This document shows positions 9,038-21,027 of a stretch of 64,000 nt of DNA, piece by piece (position 1 is the first letter of the stretch; each line of letters begins with the position of its first letter). The DNA lies in NCBI GenBank assembly GCA_039922875.1, contig JBDTDV010000067.1, forward strand, positions 16,840 to 80,839. The letters run 5' to 3'. This DNA is from Microbacteriaceae bacterium (GTDB taxonomy: Bacteria; Actinomycetota; Actinomycetes; Actinomycetales; Microbacteriaceae). The notes beneath the pieces are model-generated. The model was not told the DNA's origin and did no database searches. It worked only from the letters and a program-made list of their open reading frames with translations. A program made the position numbers and the translations under genes.

Positions 9038-9397
9038 TCAGGCAGCGATAAGCAGGGTGAGCAGAACGTGACTCGGTTCGCGCGCGACAAGTGCGTGCGG
9101 AACCCGGGCGGCAATGTGGATGAGGCCGCCGGGCAGATATTCCCTGGCTGTTCCACCGACCGCGATCTCGACCGCACCGGTCAGCACCTGAATCAGGATC
9201 GGTGCGCCGGCAGTATGCTCGCGCAATTCCTGACCGGCGTCGAATCCGATCAGCACGATTCTGGCTCCTGGTGCCTCCAACACCCGCTTGGTAGCGAGCT
9301 TCGCCGGATTGATCGGGACGAGCTCGGTGAGTCCGGCCAGGTTTGTCGAGACGGACAGCGCGGGTGATGTGGGAGTATCGGATGCCGGAACGGGCAC
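9038..9397 (-). CDS. Cupin domain protein
   Basis: The cupin core is visible (IVLIGFDAGQELREHTAG..LIHIAARVPHAL). The start is uncertain. GTG at 9397 avoids the 67-nt overlap with osmC that the track start (9475) implies. Confidence 0.6.
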   Translation of the reverse strand: MPVPASDTPTSPALSVSTNLAGLTELVPINPAKLATKRVLEAPGARIVLIGFDAGQELREHTAGAPILIQVLTGAVEIAVGGTAREYLPGGLIHIAARVPHALVAREPSHVLLTLLIAA

Positions 9398-9408
9398 GAA
9401 GATGTGTC

Positions 9409-9852
9409 CTATTCCGTCACGAGTGTGGCGTCGACCGTGATCGTGGTGCCGGCGAACAGACGCGAAATCGGGCAAAGCGCTGATGCCTGGTCGATGATTG
9501 CCTGAAAGTCGCTGTCTTCCAGTCCGGGCACGATGGCCTTCACGGTGAGTGCGGAGGAGACCACGGTCGGCACACCATCTACCGCGTCCAAGGTCACCGT
9601 CGAGGAAACGGTCAACTTCTGCGGGGTCAGCTTGTGCTCACCGAGGCACAGCGACAACGCCATCGAATAGCAGGACGAGTGCGCGGCGGCGGCGAGCTCT
9701 TCCGGGCTGGTCTTACCACCGGGGCGTTCGGTACGCGCGGCCCACGTCACCGGCAATTCGCCCAATGCTCCGCTGTGCCCGGTAATCGCTCCCTTGCCGG
9801 CGTTGAGGGATCCCTCCCAGATTGTTTCAGCAGTACGTTCTGCGATGCTCAT
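9409..9852 (-). CDS. osmC: OsmC family peroxiredoxin
   Basis: 147 aa. GKTSPEELAAAAHSSCYSMAL and ALCPISRLF carry the two conserved OsmC cysteines. RBS GGAGAA lies upstream. Confidence 0.85.
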   Translation of the reverse strand: MSIAERTAETIWEGSLNAGKGAITGHSGALGELPVTWAARTERPGGKTSPEELAAAAHSSCYSMALSLCLGEHKLTPQKLTVSSTVTLDAVDGVPTVVSSALTVKAIVPGLEDSDFQAIIDQASALCPISRLFAGTTITVDATLVTE

Positions 9853-9994
9853 GGCGGTTCTCCGACCTAATAGAAATGATCTTTCTCATGAAAAGTATCA
9901 GGAACGCCTGGCAAGTTTCTACCTGTCGCCGGCGTGCTCCGCTCCCGCCGGCCCGCTTCGGACTCTCTGCAGTCTCGAGCGCTGTTGGAAAACA

Positions 9995-10028
9995 ACTTTC
10001 TGCGCCCCTGGACTTTCTGCGCCGCTGG
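9995..10028. repeat. 17-bp tandem repeat x2 (ACTTTCTGCGCCnCTGG) in the osmC-fdhD intergenic region
   Basis: Units at 9995-10011 and 10012-10028, with one mismatch. Confidence 0.85.
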
Positions 10029-10096
10029 GAGAACATCACGATCCAGCGCCCTCCCACGGCCTTGCTACTGCTCGGATTAGCTGATAGGCATGGGCT

Positions 10097-10969
10097 GTGG
10101 GACGAATAACGGCTAGGCGGCAGATTACCCGAGTGACGGTGGGGGATCGTCGCGCCTCGCGCGAAGACTTCCTGGCGGTCGAAGAACCCTTGGAAATCCG
10201 GGTGGGCGGGCGATCGCTGGCCATTACAATGCGCACTCCGGGACACGACGTGGAACTTGCTGCGGGGTTCCTGGTATCAGAAGGGGTGATCAGCCACCGC
10301 GACGATCTCGACGCGGCGCGGTACTGTGCCGGTGCGACCGAAGAAGGCCTGAACACCTACAACGTCTTGGATCTGACGCTCGCCCCCGGTGTGCCGGCAC
10401 CGGACCCGAGCCTGGAACGGGCCTTTTTTACGACCAGTTCCTGCGGGCTGTGCGGCAAGGCCAGCATTGATGCGGTGCGAACCCGCTCCTCCTACGAGGT
10501 GCAGGCCGACCCGCTTCGGATCAATCCGGCGGTTCTGGTGACGTTCCCCGACCGGCTGCGTGCCGAGCAGGCGGTATTCGACAAGACCGGCGGACTGCAC
10601 GCGGCCGGCCTGTTCGACGCGCAGACCGGAGAACTTCTCGTGCTTCGCGAGGACGTCGGCAGACACAACGCCGTCGACAAGGTGGTCGGTTGGGCGTTGC
10701 AAGCCGGCCGCGTGCCGTTGCGCGGTACAGTCTTAATGGTGTCCGGTCGCGCCAGCTTCGAATTGACCCAAAAGGCATCCATGGCCGGAATCCCGTTCCT
10801 GGCCGCGGTGTCGGCCCCCTCGTCGCTTGCCGCCGAGTTGGCCACCGAACTCGGAATGACCCTGGTCGGGTTCCTGCGCGGAAACTCAATGGTGATCTAC
10901 TCCGGCGCGGAACGTGTCGACGACCAGGCCAACGCAACACATCTCATCAGTGAAGGCAGTGCAGTATGA
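10097..10969 (+). CDS. fdhD: Formate dehydrogenase accessory sulfurtransferase FdhD
   Basis: 290 aa with LAVEEPLEI, MRTPGHDVELAAGF, SSCGLCGK and GRHNAVDK motifs. Confidence 0.9.
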   Translation: MGRITARRQITRVTVGDRRASREDFLAVEEPLEIRVGGRSLAITMRTPGHDVELAAGFLVSEGVISHRDDLDAARYCAGATEEGLNTYNVLDLTLAPGVPAPDPSLERAFFTTSSCGLCGKASIDAVRTRSSYEVQADPLRINPAVLVTFPDRLRAEQAVFDKTGGLHAAGLFDAQTGELLVLREDVGRHNAVDKVVGWALQAGRVPLRGTVLMVSGRASFELTQKASMAGIPFLAAVSAPSSLAAELATELGMTLVGFLRGNSMVIYSGAERVDDQANATHLISEGSAV

Positions 10970-13289
10970 CGAGCAAACCACCGGTCGCAGACGTGACCGA
11001 CGACGACATCGAAGTTTCTGAGCCGAAGGTTGCCGCGGCAGGGATACCGGGTGTGACCCACTCCATGGTTCCCGCATTCAAGGAAATGGGCGTCAGCCGG
11101 AGCCTCAAGCTGCTTGGTTCGATGAACCAAAAAGACGGCTTCGACTGCATGAGTTGCGCGTGGCCGGATCCATCCCACCGAAAAGTTGCCGAGTTCTGCG
11201 AGAACGGTGCGAAGGCGGTCACCTGGGAGGCCACACCGTTGACCATCCCCACCTCGTTCTGGGCGGAGCACTCCATAACCGATCTGCTGACCAAGTCGGA
11301 GTACTGGCTGGGCATGCAGGGCAGACTGGTCGAGCCAGTATACAAACCATCTGGCTCCGATCACTATCAGCCGATCAGCTGGGAAGACGCCTTCACCCTG
11401 GTCGCTGAGAAGCTGAACGGCCTCGACTCACCCGATCAGGCAGCGTTCTACACCAGCGGTCGCACCGCGAACGAAACGGCATTCGCCTATCAGCTGTTCG
11501 TGCGCGCGTTCGGAACCAATAACTTGCCGGACTGCTCGAATATGTGCCATGAGTCGACCGGACTGGCTATGGGCCAGACCATCGGAGTCGGCAAATCCAC
11601 CATCCTCTACGATGACTTCGAGAAGTCCGATCTGATCATCATCATGGGTCAGAACCCCGGTACCAATCACCCGCGCATGCTCACCGCGCTGGAAGATGCC
11701 AAACGGGCCGGAGCGAAAATCGTCGCGATCAACCCGATGCCGGAGGCCGGCCTGCTGCGGTACAAGAACCCGCAGCGGGTGCGCGGGGTCATTGGCAAGG
11801 GGACCGACCTGGCCGACCAGTTCCTGAAGATCCGGCTCGGCGGAGATATGGCGCTGATGCAGGCCGTCTCCAAGCGGGTTCTCGAGGCGGAAGCCGCCCA
11901 TCCCGGGACGGTCCTGGACCACGCGTTCCTGGACAGGTATTGCCTGGGCCTGGAGGAGTTCGCACTCCACCTGGCCAGTCTCGACGAGAGCGAGGTGCTT
12001 GAGGCGACCGGTCTGACCTCGGCCGAGATCGACGAACTCGCTGCTCGATACCTGGCCGCCGATAACGTCATCATTACCTGGGCCATGGGACTCACCCAGC
12101 ACAAGAAGGCCGTCCCGACCATCAAGGAAGTCATCAATCTGCTGCTCCTGCGCGGCAACATCGGCAAGCCAGGAGCCGGCGCCTCGCCGATCCGCGGTCA
12201 TAGCAATGTGCAGGGCGACCGGACCATGGGGATCTGGGAACAGATGCCGCCAGAATTCCTCGATGCGCTGCAGGCCGAGTTCAACTTCGACCCGCCGCGC
12301 GAGATCGGCGTGGACGCGGTCGAAGGCATCCGGGCCATGCAGCGCGGCGACATCAAGGTCTGGTTTGCCGTCGGCGGCAACATGGTCGCAGCGATCTCCG
12401 ATTCCGTAGCGGCCGAGGCCGCGATGCAGAAGACCGAACTCACTGTGCAGGTCTCCACCAAGCTGAACCGCTCGCACGCGGTCATCGGTGACGAGGCGCT
12501 GATCCTGCCGACGATGGGCCGCACCGAGATTGACCTGCAGGCATCCGGGCCACAATTCATCTCGGTAGAAGACTCCGTCTGCGCGGTGCACGCATCGCGC
12601 GGGCGGATCGACCCGGTGGCGCCTGGCCTGTTGTCCGAGATCTCGATCGTCACTCGGCTGGCCAGGGCGGTGCTCGGCGACAAGGTCCAGGTGGACTGGG
12701 CCGGCTTCGAACGGGATTACGACACCATCAGGGAGCACATCGCACATGTTGTTCCCGGCTGCGCGGACTACAACACCCTGGTTCGCCAGGATGGCGGATT
12801 CGTACTCCCGCACGGACCGAGAGATTCGAGGACCTTCCCGACTCCGACCGGCAAGGCGATGATCACGGTGAACCACCTTGAGCACATCGACTGCCCGCCC
12901 GGACGGCTGATCCTGCAGACGTTGCGTTCCCACGATCAGTTCAACACCACCATTTACGGACTGAACGACCGTTACCGCGGGATCAAGAAGGGCCGGAAGG
13001 TGATCTTCATCAACCCGGCCGATCTCGCCGAACTCGGGTTGGCCGACGGCCAGTCGATCGACGTGTTCAGCGAGTGGGCGGGTCAGCCGGATCGGGTGCT
13101 GAAAGAGTTCAGGGCGGTCTCCTACCCGACCGCCAGGGGCTGCGCCGCCGCGTACTTCCCCGAGGCGAATGCTCTGGTCCCGTTGGACAGCACGGCAGAG
13201 GGCAGCAACACGCCGGTGTCGAAGGCCATCATCATCCGGATCGAGCCGGCCGGCACCCACGAACAGCATCACGCCGAAGCGGAGATGGC

Positions 13290-13308
<19 letters not shown>
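10966..13308 (+). CDS. Molybdopterin oxidoreductase, FdhF/YdeP (formate dehydrogenase alpha-like) family
   Basis: 780 aa. [10 protein letters not shown]-terminal motif and a molybdopterin-binding core. ATGA overlap with fdhD. Confidence 0.85.
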
Positions 13309-16085
<2,777 letters not shown>

Positions 16086-16223
16086 CTGGCACCTCCGGTT
16101 GCGCGCTTTGACCCCATCGTCCGGCAGCTACCGATGCAAGTCAACCTTTCGTCGATAGCCGAACACCAGCCAGAGATATCCTGGAGTGAGCAGCATGCCT
16201 GCTATCGCGAGAAAGGAAGCACG

Positions 16224-16565
16224 ATGAGCGAGACCGTTTACCACCCCACCACACCGGCATTGGCCGCCCGGCGCAAGGAGCTTGCTCCGGAAACCCACGA
16301 GGCGTTCGAGCAATTCAGCCGACAGGTGTTCGCAAACGGAGCGCTGGACGAAAAGACCAAACAACTCATCGCGGTCGCGGTCGCCCATGTGACCCAGTGC
16401 CCTTACTGCATCAACGGCCACACGAAGCTCGCCAAGCGCAAGGGCGCGAGTTCCCAAGAGATCATGGAAGCGATCTGGGTCGCTGCCGAGATGCGAGCAG
16501 GCGGTGCCTACGCGCACTCGACTCTCGCCCTGCACGCACTGGGCGAGGATGCGGCGAAAGACTAA
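16224..16565 (+). CDS. Carboxymuconolactone decarboxylase (AhpD-like) family protein
   Basis: Internal ATG 16224 is preceded by GAAAGGAAG. The CPYC (CxxC) motif sits in an AhpD-like context (AVAVAHVTQCPYCINGH). Confidence 0.85.
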   Translation: MSETVYHPTTPALAARRKELAPETHEAFEQFSRQVFANGALDEKTKQLIAVAVAHVTQCPYCINGHTKLAKRKGASSQEIMEAIWVAAEMRAGGAYAHSTLALHALGEDAAKD

Positions 16566-17245
16566 CCAGCCTGTTGGTGCAGCTGGACGACGCAGACATC
16601 CGGTTCGACGAAGGGGTTCAGGCTCACGTCCGCGGCATCGCGCCCGAAACCGGCCATCGCCCCGTACAGCAGACCCAGATGAATCGAGCACACCACTTCG
16701 CGGTGGTCGACCGCAATGTCGCGGAATGGACAGGACAGAAGCCTGATGTCCTCGTCGGATTCCGGCGTGCGCGCCTCCGGTTCAAAGCCTAAGAGGTCGA
16801 GAACGCGCACGAGCTGCTGTGAGGTATCGCCGTCGTGTGCGCCGGCGAGAGCCGAGACGTACGAGTCACCCCAATGCTCGCCGGCCAGGATGCCGCGGGC
16901 GCGGCCGCCGTCAGCGTCACGCGACAGTGCATCGGTCAGCACCAGGGCGAGCTGGCGGGTGGTGTCCTGCTCGCGGGCGCGGGGGTCAGCGACATAGGTG
17001 ATCGGTGGTCGGCCCCGGCGGCCCTCCCGGTCGATCTGTCGCCTGATCAGTTTGGCGTTTTCCAGATGTTCCAGGTGAAAGCGAGCCGTTGTCACATGCA
17101 GTCCGACCTTTGCCGCAATCTCGGAGGCATTCAACGGGTGATCCGAACCAAGCAGGAGTTCCAGAACCTCCCGGCGCACCTTGGACGCCAGAGCCGCTTC
17201 GCGGCCGGTATCTGCGTCCTCGCTCATGCTTCGCCCCTCAATCAT
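16562..17245 (-). CDS. Winged-HTH transcriptional regulator (ArsR/COG2345-like)
   Basis: N-terminal wHTH (RREVLELLLGSDHPLNASEIAAKVGLHVTTARFHLEHLENAKLI) and a Cys-containing C-terminal domain. The start could also be ATG 17227. Confidence 0.7.
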   Translation of the reverse strand: MIEGRSMSEDADTGREAALASKVRREVLELLLGSDHPLNASEIAAKVGLHVTTARFHLEHLENAKLIRRQIDREGRRGRPPITYVADPRAREQDTTRQLALVLTDALSRDADGGRARGILAGEHWGDSYVSALAGAHDGDTSQQLVRVLDLLGFEPEARTPESDEDIRLLSCPFRDIAVDHREVVCSIHLGLLYGAMAGFGRDAADVSLNPFVEPDVCVVQLHQQAG

Positions 17246-17371
17246 CGATTAACAGTAGCATTCGCCTCTAAAATCGCACCGGTGATTTTACTCGGGAATT
17301 CAGGTATCGGCGCGCTGTGCGGCGCGCAAATACGCTCACCCGCAGAACGCGACGGGCCGAGGCCGGCGTAG

Positions 17372-17436
17372 TGCCTCATGTCAAGATGCTCGTGAAATCT
17401 GATCTGGTGCCTCACGTATATTTGCTCGCGAAATGC
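17372..17436. repeat. Left terminal inverted repeat of the IS (two 36-bp modules)
   Basis: GTGCCTCA at 17371 and 17407. TGCTCGTGAAAT at 17387 and TGCTCGCGAAAT at 17423. These mirror 18671-18739. Confidence 0.65.
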
Positions 17437-18616
17437 TGGCGGTGAGGGCTTCGGTTTTGTCTTTCGCGAGAGCGATCAGGCGGGTTTGGATGGCTGTGAT
17501 CTGCCGGGTGAGTTGGGCCGGGTTTGTGTCATCGAATAGTCGGACGAGTGCGGCTGCGCGTTGCGAAGTCATGGCTCCGGAGTCGAGGACTCGCTGGTAT
17601 GGGGTGCGGGGTTTGTCATAGACCCGGGTTTTCTTGCCGTGCTTGTTTGATCGCCAGTCGATGGCTTTCGTTGTCGCGGTGAACATGTTCAACCGCACCC
17701 GCACGAGTGCATAGAGCTCGCCCAGCAGCTGCAATTCCAGCGCCGTGTCATACCGGTAGTGGAACGCGTGACGGCGCACCACGTCACCGTTCTTCTGCTC
17801 GACGTGTGCGTTGTCATTGGACTTGTAAGGCCTGGATCTGGTGAAGAACAAGTCGCGGTCCCCGGCCCATTTGATCAGCGCATGGTTAATGAATTCACCG
17901 CCGTTATCGGTGTCCAGGCCCACGAGCGGGAACGGCAGCCGGGCCTCGATTGCGGTCATCGCCTCGATCACCCACCGGTGCGCGCCGTTTCGCAATGCCA
18001 CGTTCTCCGTCCAGCCGGTGAACACGTCCGTCACGGTCAACGAGTGCACGAACTCGCCCTGCAAGCTCGGTCCGCAGTGCAGCACCAGGTCTGCTTCCAC
18101 GAACCCGGGAGCTTGCTCGTGTTCGTCGCCGGCCTTGCGGACCTGGATCGAGTTCCGCAGCAACGGGCCGGGTTTCGTCCCGGATAGTCCGACCAACTGA
18201 GTGCCGACGCGGGTGGGCTTCAGCATCCGGTCGATCGTCGCCCCGGACACGGCCAGCAACTGCGCGCGCGTCTGATCGTTGAGCCGCTTCGCATCGAGCT
18301 CGTGGCGCTGCTCCAGCTTGGGCAGCCAGATCGGCATCGTTGCCGCCAGATACTTACCCGAGGGCCGGCCCGCGAGGTTCCAGACCTGGATCAGCAGCTT
18401 GAGAGTGTCATACCCATACGTCCGCGACCGCGGCTTGCGTTTGACTGCCTTCGCCGGGCCCTTCCGCTTCAACGCCATAGTCAATGCGCGCCTGGCGTTC
18501 GCCCGCGACCAACCCGTCGTGGCGACCAGCTGATCCAGCATCACCCCTTTGGCCTTCTTCGGCGCTCTCGCATACTCTGCCGCGTGCTTCTTCGTGATCT
18601 CTCGACGCGCGCTCAT
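17381..18616 (-). CDS. DDE-type transposase/integrase (rve superfamily)
   Basis: N-terminal HTH (MSARREITKK..WSRANARRAL). Catalytic region has DTDNGGEF and NAHVEQKNGDVVRR (DDE). The stop lies inside the left terminal repeat. Alternative starts are 18634 and 18655. Confidence 0.8.
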   Translation of the reverse strand: MSARREITKKHAAEYARAPKKAKGVMLDQLVATTGWSRANARRALTMALKRKGPAKAVKRKPRSRTYGYDTLKLLIQVWNLAGRPSGKYLAATMPIWLPKLEQRHELDAKRLNDQTRAQLLAVSGATIDRMLKPTRVGTQLVGLSGTKPGPLLRNSIQVRKAGDEHEQAPGFVEADLVLHCGPSLQGEFVHSLTVTDVFTGWTENVALRNGAHRWVIEAMTAIEARLPFPLVGLDTDNGGEFINHALIKWAGDRDLFFTRSRPYKSNDNAHVEQKNGDVVRRHAFHYRYDTALELQLLGELYALVRVRLNMFTATTKAIDWRSNKHGKKTRVYDKPRTPYQRVLDSGAMTSQRAAALVRLFDDTNPAQLTRQITAIQTRLIALAKDKTEALTASISRANIREAPDQISRAS

Positions 18617-18670
18617 CGACAATGACTGACCCATCCGCCAAGCACATCGCAGCACTCACACGAAGTCCCG

Positions 18671-18739
18671 GCATTTCGCGAGCAATTAGCAAATGAGGCA
18701 CGCACCCCATTACGCGAGCACATTAAGTGAGTCTCGGCA
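18671..18739. repeat. Right terminal inverted repeat of the IS (two 36-bp modules)
   Basis: ATTTCGCGAGCA at 18673, TGAGGCAC at 18693, TTACGCGAGCA at 18710 and GTGAGTC at 18727. These are the reverse complement of the left-end modules. Confidence 0.65.
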
Positions 18740-18888
18740 GCCGGTAGACGTCGCCGGGTAGCACCGGTTAGGATGGAATGTCACATTTGTGATGTCCCAT
18801 CCGTTTGCCGCGCGCAAATCAACTTCGAATTATCATCCCGTTGACTACCACGTGGCCCAAAGTATGTCCATCCTGGAGCAATAACTAC

Positions 18889-20343
18889 ATGACAATCGCA
18901 ACGACCGACAAGGCACCCAAGCAGGTCGCCATCAACGACATCGGATCTGCTGAAGACTTTCTCGCCGCGGTCGAAAAGACGCTGAAGTTCTTCAACGACG
19001 GGGACCTCATCGAGGGTACCGTCGTCAAGATCGACCGGGACGAGGTTCTCCTCGACGTCGGCTACAAGACCGAGGGTGTCATCCCGTCCCGTGAACTTTC
19101 CATCAAGCACGACGTCGACCCGAGTGAGGTCGTCCAGGTCGGTGACAGCGTCGAGGCGCTGGTCCTGCAGAAGGAAGACAAAGAGGGTCGCCTGATCCTC
19201 TCCAAGAAGCGCGCCCAGTACGAGCGGGCCTGGGGAGACGTCGAGAAGATCAAGGACGCCGAGGGCGTCGTCACCGGTACGGTCATCGAGGTCGTCAAGG
19301 GCGGGTTGATCGTGGACATCGGACTGCGTGGGTTCCTGCCTGCATCCCTGATCGAGTTGCGCCGGGTGCGCGACCTCACGCCGTACCTCGGCCAGGAGAT
19401 CGAGGCGAAGATCCTGGAGCTCGACAAGAACCGCAACAATGTCGTGCTGTCCCGCCGGGCACTGCTGGAAGAGACCCAGTCGGCCACCCGCACGTCGTTC
19501 CTGAACAATCTGGCCAAGGGCCAGATCCGCAAGGGCATCGTCTCCTCGATCGTCAACTTCGGCGCCTTCGTCGATCTGGGCGGGGTCGACGGCCTGGTGC
19601 ATGTCTCCGAACTCAGCTGGAAGCACATTGAGCACGCCAGCGAGGTCGTCGAGGTCGGCCAAGAAGTCACCGTCGAGATCCTCGAGGTCGATCTGGAGCG
19701 CGAGAGGGTCTCGCTGTCTCTCAAGGCGACTCAGGAAGACCCGTGGCAGGTCTTCGCTCGCACTCACGCGATCGGCCAGGTCGCACCGGGCAAGGTCACC
19801 AAGCTGGTGCCGTTCGGCGCGTTCGTGCGGGTGGCCGACGGCATCGAGGGCCTGGTGCACATTTCCGAGCTCTCCAGCAAGCACGTCGAGCTGGCCGAGC
19901 AGGTCGTGTCCGTCGGCGAGGAGGTCTTTGTCAAGGTCATCGACATCGATCTCGAGCGCCGCCGGATTTCGCTGAGCCTCAAGCAGGCCAATGAGGGTGT
20001 CGACCCGGATGGTACCGAGTTCGACCCGGCGCTGTACGGCATGCTCACCGAGTACGACGAGCAAGGCAACTACAAGTATCCGGAAGGCTTCGACCCGGAA
20101 ACCAACGAATGGCGCGAAGGCTTCGAGGCCCAGCGCGAGAAGTGGGAACTGGACTACGCGGCGGCACAGGCTCGCTGGGAGGCGCACAAGAAGCAGGTGG
20201 CCAAGGGGCTGGAAGAGGCCGCGGCCGACTCCCGGACCTCCACCGCGAGCTCTTCGTTCGTAAACGACAGCACCGGCGGCGGTCGCCTGGCCGACGACGA
20301 ATCACTTGCCGCACTGCGCGCCAAGCTGTCCGGAAACAACTAA
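18889..20343 (+). CDS. rpsA: 30S ribosomal protein S1
   Basis: Internal ATG 18889 (MTIATTDKAPKQVAINDIGS..). Four S1 domains (GTVVKID.., GTVIEVVKGG.., GIVSSIVNFGAFVDLGG.., GKVTKLVPFGAFVRV..). Confidence 0.97.
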   Translation: MTIATTDKAPKQVAINDIGSAEDFLAAVEKTLKFFNDGDLIEGTVVKIDRDEVLLDVGYKTEGVIPSRELSIKHDVDPSEVVQVGDSVEALVLQKEDKEGRLILSKKRAQYERAWGDVEKIKDAEGVVTGTVIEVVKGGLIVDIGLRGFLPASLIELRRVRDLTPYLGQEIEAKILELDKNRNNVVLSRRALLEETQSATRTSFLNNLAKGQIRKGIVSSIVNFGAFVDLGGVDGLVHVSELSWKHIEHASEVVEVGQEVTVEILEVDLERERVSLSLKATQEDPWQVFARTHAIGQVAPGKVTKLVPFGAFVRVADGIEGLVHISELSSKHVELAEQVVSVGEEVFVKVIDIDLERRRISLSLKQANEGVDPDGTEFDPALYGMLTEYDEQGNYKYPEGFDPETNEWREGFEAQREKWELDYAAAQARWEAHKKQVAKGLEEAAADSRTSTASSSFVNDSTGGGRLADDESLAALRAKLSGNN

Positions 20344-20363
20344 CCACACAAGTCATCGATAGC

Positions 20364-20395
20364 AGACGGCCGGACCCAGACGGGTCCGGCCGTCT
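20364..20395 (+). terminator. Stem-loop terminator after rpsA (no U-tract)
   Basis: Perfect 14-bp stem AGACGGCCGGACCC / GGGTCCGGCCGTCT with loop AGAC, 21 nt after the rpsA stop. Confidence 0.6.
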
Positions 20396-20414
20396 CACGT
20401 ATTAGCATGGCGAG

Positions 20415-21017
20415 GTGTACCTCATCGGACTGACCGGCGGCATCGCCTCCGGAAAGTCGACCGTCGCTGCCCGGTTCGAGGAACATGGCGCGGTCGTGGT
20501 CGATGCCGATGAGCTGGCCAGAGAAGCGGTCGCACCGGGAACACCGGCCCTGGCCGCAATCGCCGACGCCTTCGGCGCTCAGCTGCTGCGTGAGGACGGC
20601 AGCCTGGATCGTGGCGCGCTGGGAGCCATCGTCTTCGCCGATGCGGCCAAGCGGGCACGTCTGAACGCCATCGTGCATCCTGCCGTGCGTCGGCTCTCCG
20701 AAGAGCGGATCGCTACCGCCGTCTGCGCGGATCCCGCCGCCGTCGTCGTCTACGACGTACCGCTTCTGGTCGAAGCGGCGGTCGACCATCCGTTTGATCT
20801 CATCGTGGTCGTGCACGCAGACGAGCAGCGAAGAATCGATCGCCTGGTGACGCTACGCGGGCTGAGCGTGCGGGATGCCACGCTCCGGATCAGATCACAG
20901 GCCGACGATGCCGAACGCCTCGCCGTCGCCGACGTGGTCATCGACGCGAACGGCAGCGTTTCCGACACCCTCGCGCAGGCCGATGCGGTGTGGGACCGTG
21001 TCAGCGGTGCTGCCTAA
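20415..21017 (+). CDS. coaE: Dephospho-CoA kinase
   Basis: 200 aa. [14 protein letters not shown]-loop at the N-terminus. GTG start. Confidence 0.9.
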   Translation: MYLIGLTGGIASGKSTVAARFEEHGAVVVDADELAREAVAPGTPALAAIADAFGAQLLREDGSLDRGALGAIVFADAAKRARLNAIVHPAVRRLSEERIATAVCADPAAVVVYDVPLLVEAAVDHPFDLIVVVHADEQRRIDRLVTLRGLSVRDATLRIRSQADDAERLAVADVVIDANGSVSDTLAQADAVWDRVSGAA

Positions 21018-21020
21018 ACT
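20999..21020 (+). promoter_or_regulatory. RecA-NDp/PafBC-type promoter of uvrB (TGTCA-N11-TAAACT)
   Basis: TGTCAgcggtgctgccTAAACT, with ATG 21028 lying 7 nt after the -10. The motif lies inside the coaE 3' end. Confidence 0.55.
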
Positions 21021-21027
21021 TGATTGC

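Larger units (their letters stand above)
17372..18739. mobile_element. Insertion sequence (about 1.37 kb, single DDE/rve transposase; family uncertain)
   Basis: Imperfect terminal inverted repeats of about 65 bp start at 5'-TGCC and end at GGCA-3'. Each end carries two 36-bp-spaced copies of GTGCCTCA-N8-TGCTCGYGAAAT. The ends enclose one transposase ORF. Boundaries are good to a few bp. Confidence 0.7.

Noticed and set aside
9853-10096. Possible Moco riboswitch upstream of fdhD
   Set aside because: The context is attractive, but I could not find the conserved Moco-motif helices and loops by eye. The only CTCGG..CCGAG pairing extends into the fdhD ORF. It needs a cmscan run and I do not claim it.
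11428-13272. 614-aa ORF antisense to the FdhF/YdeP-like gene
   Set aside because: Same high-GC antisense artefact. There are no recognisable domains and it lies wholly inside a well-supported CDS.
18781-20187. 468-aa ORF antisense to rpsA
   Set aside because: It is a mirror-frame ORF of a high-GC gene. The composition is low-complexity and rich in D, L, V and R, and I recognise no motifs. rpsA on the opposite strand is unambiguous.
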